From Dehalococcoidales bacterium (GTDB taxonomy: Bacteria > Chloroflexota > Dehalococcoidia > Dehalococcoidales > RBG-16-60-22), in NCBI GenBank assembly GCA_050018395.1, contig JBEKAC010000008.1:27414-91413 (forward strand): a DNA stretch of 64,000 nucleotides, in the 5' to 3' direction. Position 1 is the first letter of the stretch, and each line of letters opens with the position of its first letter. Both the position numbers and the translations under genes were made by a program. The notes beneath the pieces were generated by a model that made no database searches, was not told where the DNA came from, and was given only the letters and a program-made list of their open reading frames with translations. Shown here piece after piece: positions 63,141 through 64,000 of the stretch.

Positions 63141-63968
63141 ATGTTGGACATGCTCTGGCTGGGGCTGATCGCGCTGCCGGTGGGCTTCCTGGGGTCGCTT
63201 ATCGGCCTGGGCGGCGCCGCCATGATTATTCCGCTGCTGGTCCTCGCCGGCGTACCGGTTAAAGAAGCTATCGCTTCTGCCATGGTGACCATCATTGCCA
63301 CCTCGAGCGGGTCGGCCTCGTCTTACGTGCGGCAGCGTATCGCCAATATCAAAATCGCCATGTTCCTGGAGATGTTCACCATCACCGGGGCCATCGCCGG
63401 CGCTATTATTACCACCAAAATCAGCCCCGTGTACCTCTATTTTTTCTTCGCCGCTTTCCTGATGACCTCATTCCTCAAATTGAGAGAGCCGAAAGACGGC
63501 TATGTAACGCCCGTCAAGCAGGACCGGGTCTCGCGGTGGCTGGAGCTTCACGGCAGCTATTACGATGAAGCCCACGATAAACTGTTGGAATATAAAGTTA
63601 ACAATGCGCTCTGGGGAGGGGCCGGTATGCTGGTGGCCGGCGTGGCGGCGGGGATGCTGGGCATCGGGGCGGGGGCGTTCAAGGTGACGGTACAGGAGAA
63701 TGTCCTGCGTATGCCGCCCAAGGTCGCCAGCACCACCAGTAATTTCATCATCGGCATGACGGCCCTGGCCGGCACCAGCATCTACCTTTTTTCCGGTCTG
63801 CTGAATCTCACTTTAATGGCCCCGGTCGCGGTGGGCGCCACCATCGGCGCGATAATCGGCGGGCGGATTCTCAATAAAATCAGTAATAGCGTCTTAAGGG
63901 TATTGTTCCTGGTGGTTGTTTTTCTGATGATAAGTCAAATGTTGTACAAAGGGATCAGCGCTTTATGA
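63141..63968 (+). CDS. TauE/SafE-family (DUF81) anion exporter permease
   Basis: Eight hydrophobic helices. The two halves are internally repeated, each with a GxGGG-type motif (LGGAAMIIP ... GIGAGAFKV). Confidence 0.75.
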   Translation: MLDMLWLGLIALPVGFLGSLIGLGGAAMIIPLLVLAGVPVKEAIASAMVTIIATSSGSASSYVRQRIANIKIAMFLEMFTITGAIAGAIITTKISPVYLYFFFAAFLMTSFLKLREPKDGYVTPVKQDRVSRWLELHGSYYDEAHDKLLEYKVNNALWGGAGMLVAGVAAGMLGIGAGAFKVTVQENVLRMPPKVASTTSNFIIGMTALAGTSIYLFSGLLNLTLMAPVAVGATIGAIIGGRILNKISNSVLRVLFLVVVFLMISQMLYKGISAL

Positions 63969-64000
63969 ATATGACACAGAGGGGCAGCGGCGAGTCTAAA
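63965..64000 (+). CDS. start of an unidentified gene (runs off the window)
   Basis: An ATGA overlap with the TauE stop (ATG at 63965) opens a frame, MNMTQRGSGESK..., that continues to the window edge. It is too short to classify. Confidence 0.2.
   Translation, partial: MNMTQRGSGESK

Overview
This 64-kb window comes from a high-GC bacterium. Thr/Pro-rich lipoprotein linkers and 'PFDKLRVS'-type palindromic repeats hint at a Chloroflexota-like monoderm, but that guess is low confidence. About half of the tracked ORFs are Arg/Gly/Ala/Pro-rich antisense or off-frame shadows of real genes and are not called.

Gene content, left to right:
- a URO-D-family gene and an ABC-2 exporter
- a MoxR / DUF58 / transglutaminase operon whose transglutaminase is broken
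- a small AT-rich islet with an FRG-domain gene, next to a relic 3' half of tRNA-Arg
- a copper-centred aerobic respiration block: a cupredoxin lipoprotein with an ABC-2 pair, then on the minus strand a PQQ-like propeller, a His-x-His-repeat lipoprotein, CoxII fused to a cupredoxin, CoxI, CoxIII and CtaB
- an intact tRNA-Arg(CCT) with a truncated integrase and a decayed IS3-type element
- a roughly 20-kb, lower-GC, single-strand glycan island (gmhA, gmhB, a reversed HldE-like fusion, split transketolase, five methyltransferases, a kinase, a HAD hydrolase, SDRs, Wzm/Wzt), ending at a relic 5' half of tRNA-Arg
- a duplicated DUF169-plus-cupin module flanked by SDR and Zn-ADH genes
- housekeeping genes: icd, two PNPOx-like genes, HIT, orphan oppDF, satP-acs
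- a NarL-type two-component system with a GGR-family flavoprotein and an extended GreA
- tRNA-Ala followed by a tRNA-like relic and a lower-GC B12-radical-SAM gene, then a TauE/SafE permease

Most notable observations:
- The two displaced tRNA-Arg halves break at the same 3 nt of the anticodon loop, 33 kb apart.
- The oxidase operon has no heme c motif and uses copper domains where a cytochrome c would be expected.
- The DUF169/cupin cassette is uncharacterised.
- The glycan island has no canonical glycosyltransferase.

All family names come from reading motifs by eye and from memory of the families. None has been checked by a search.
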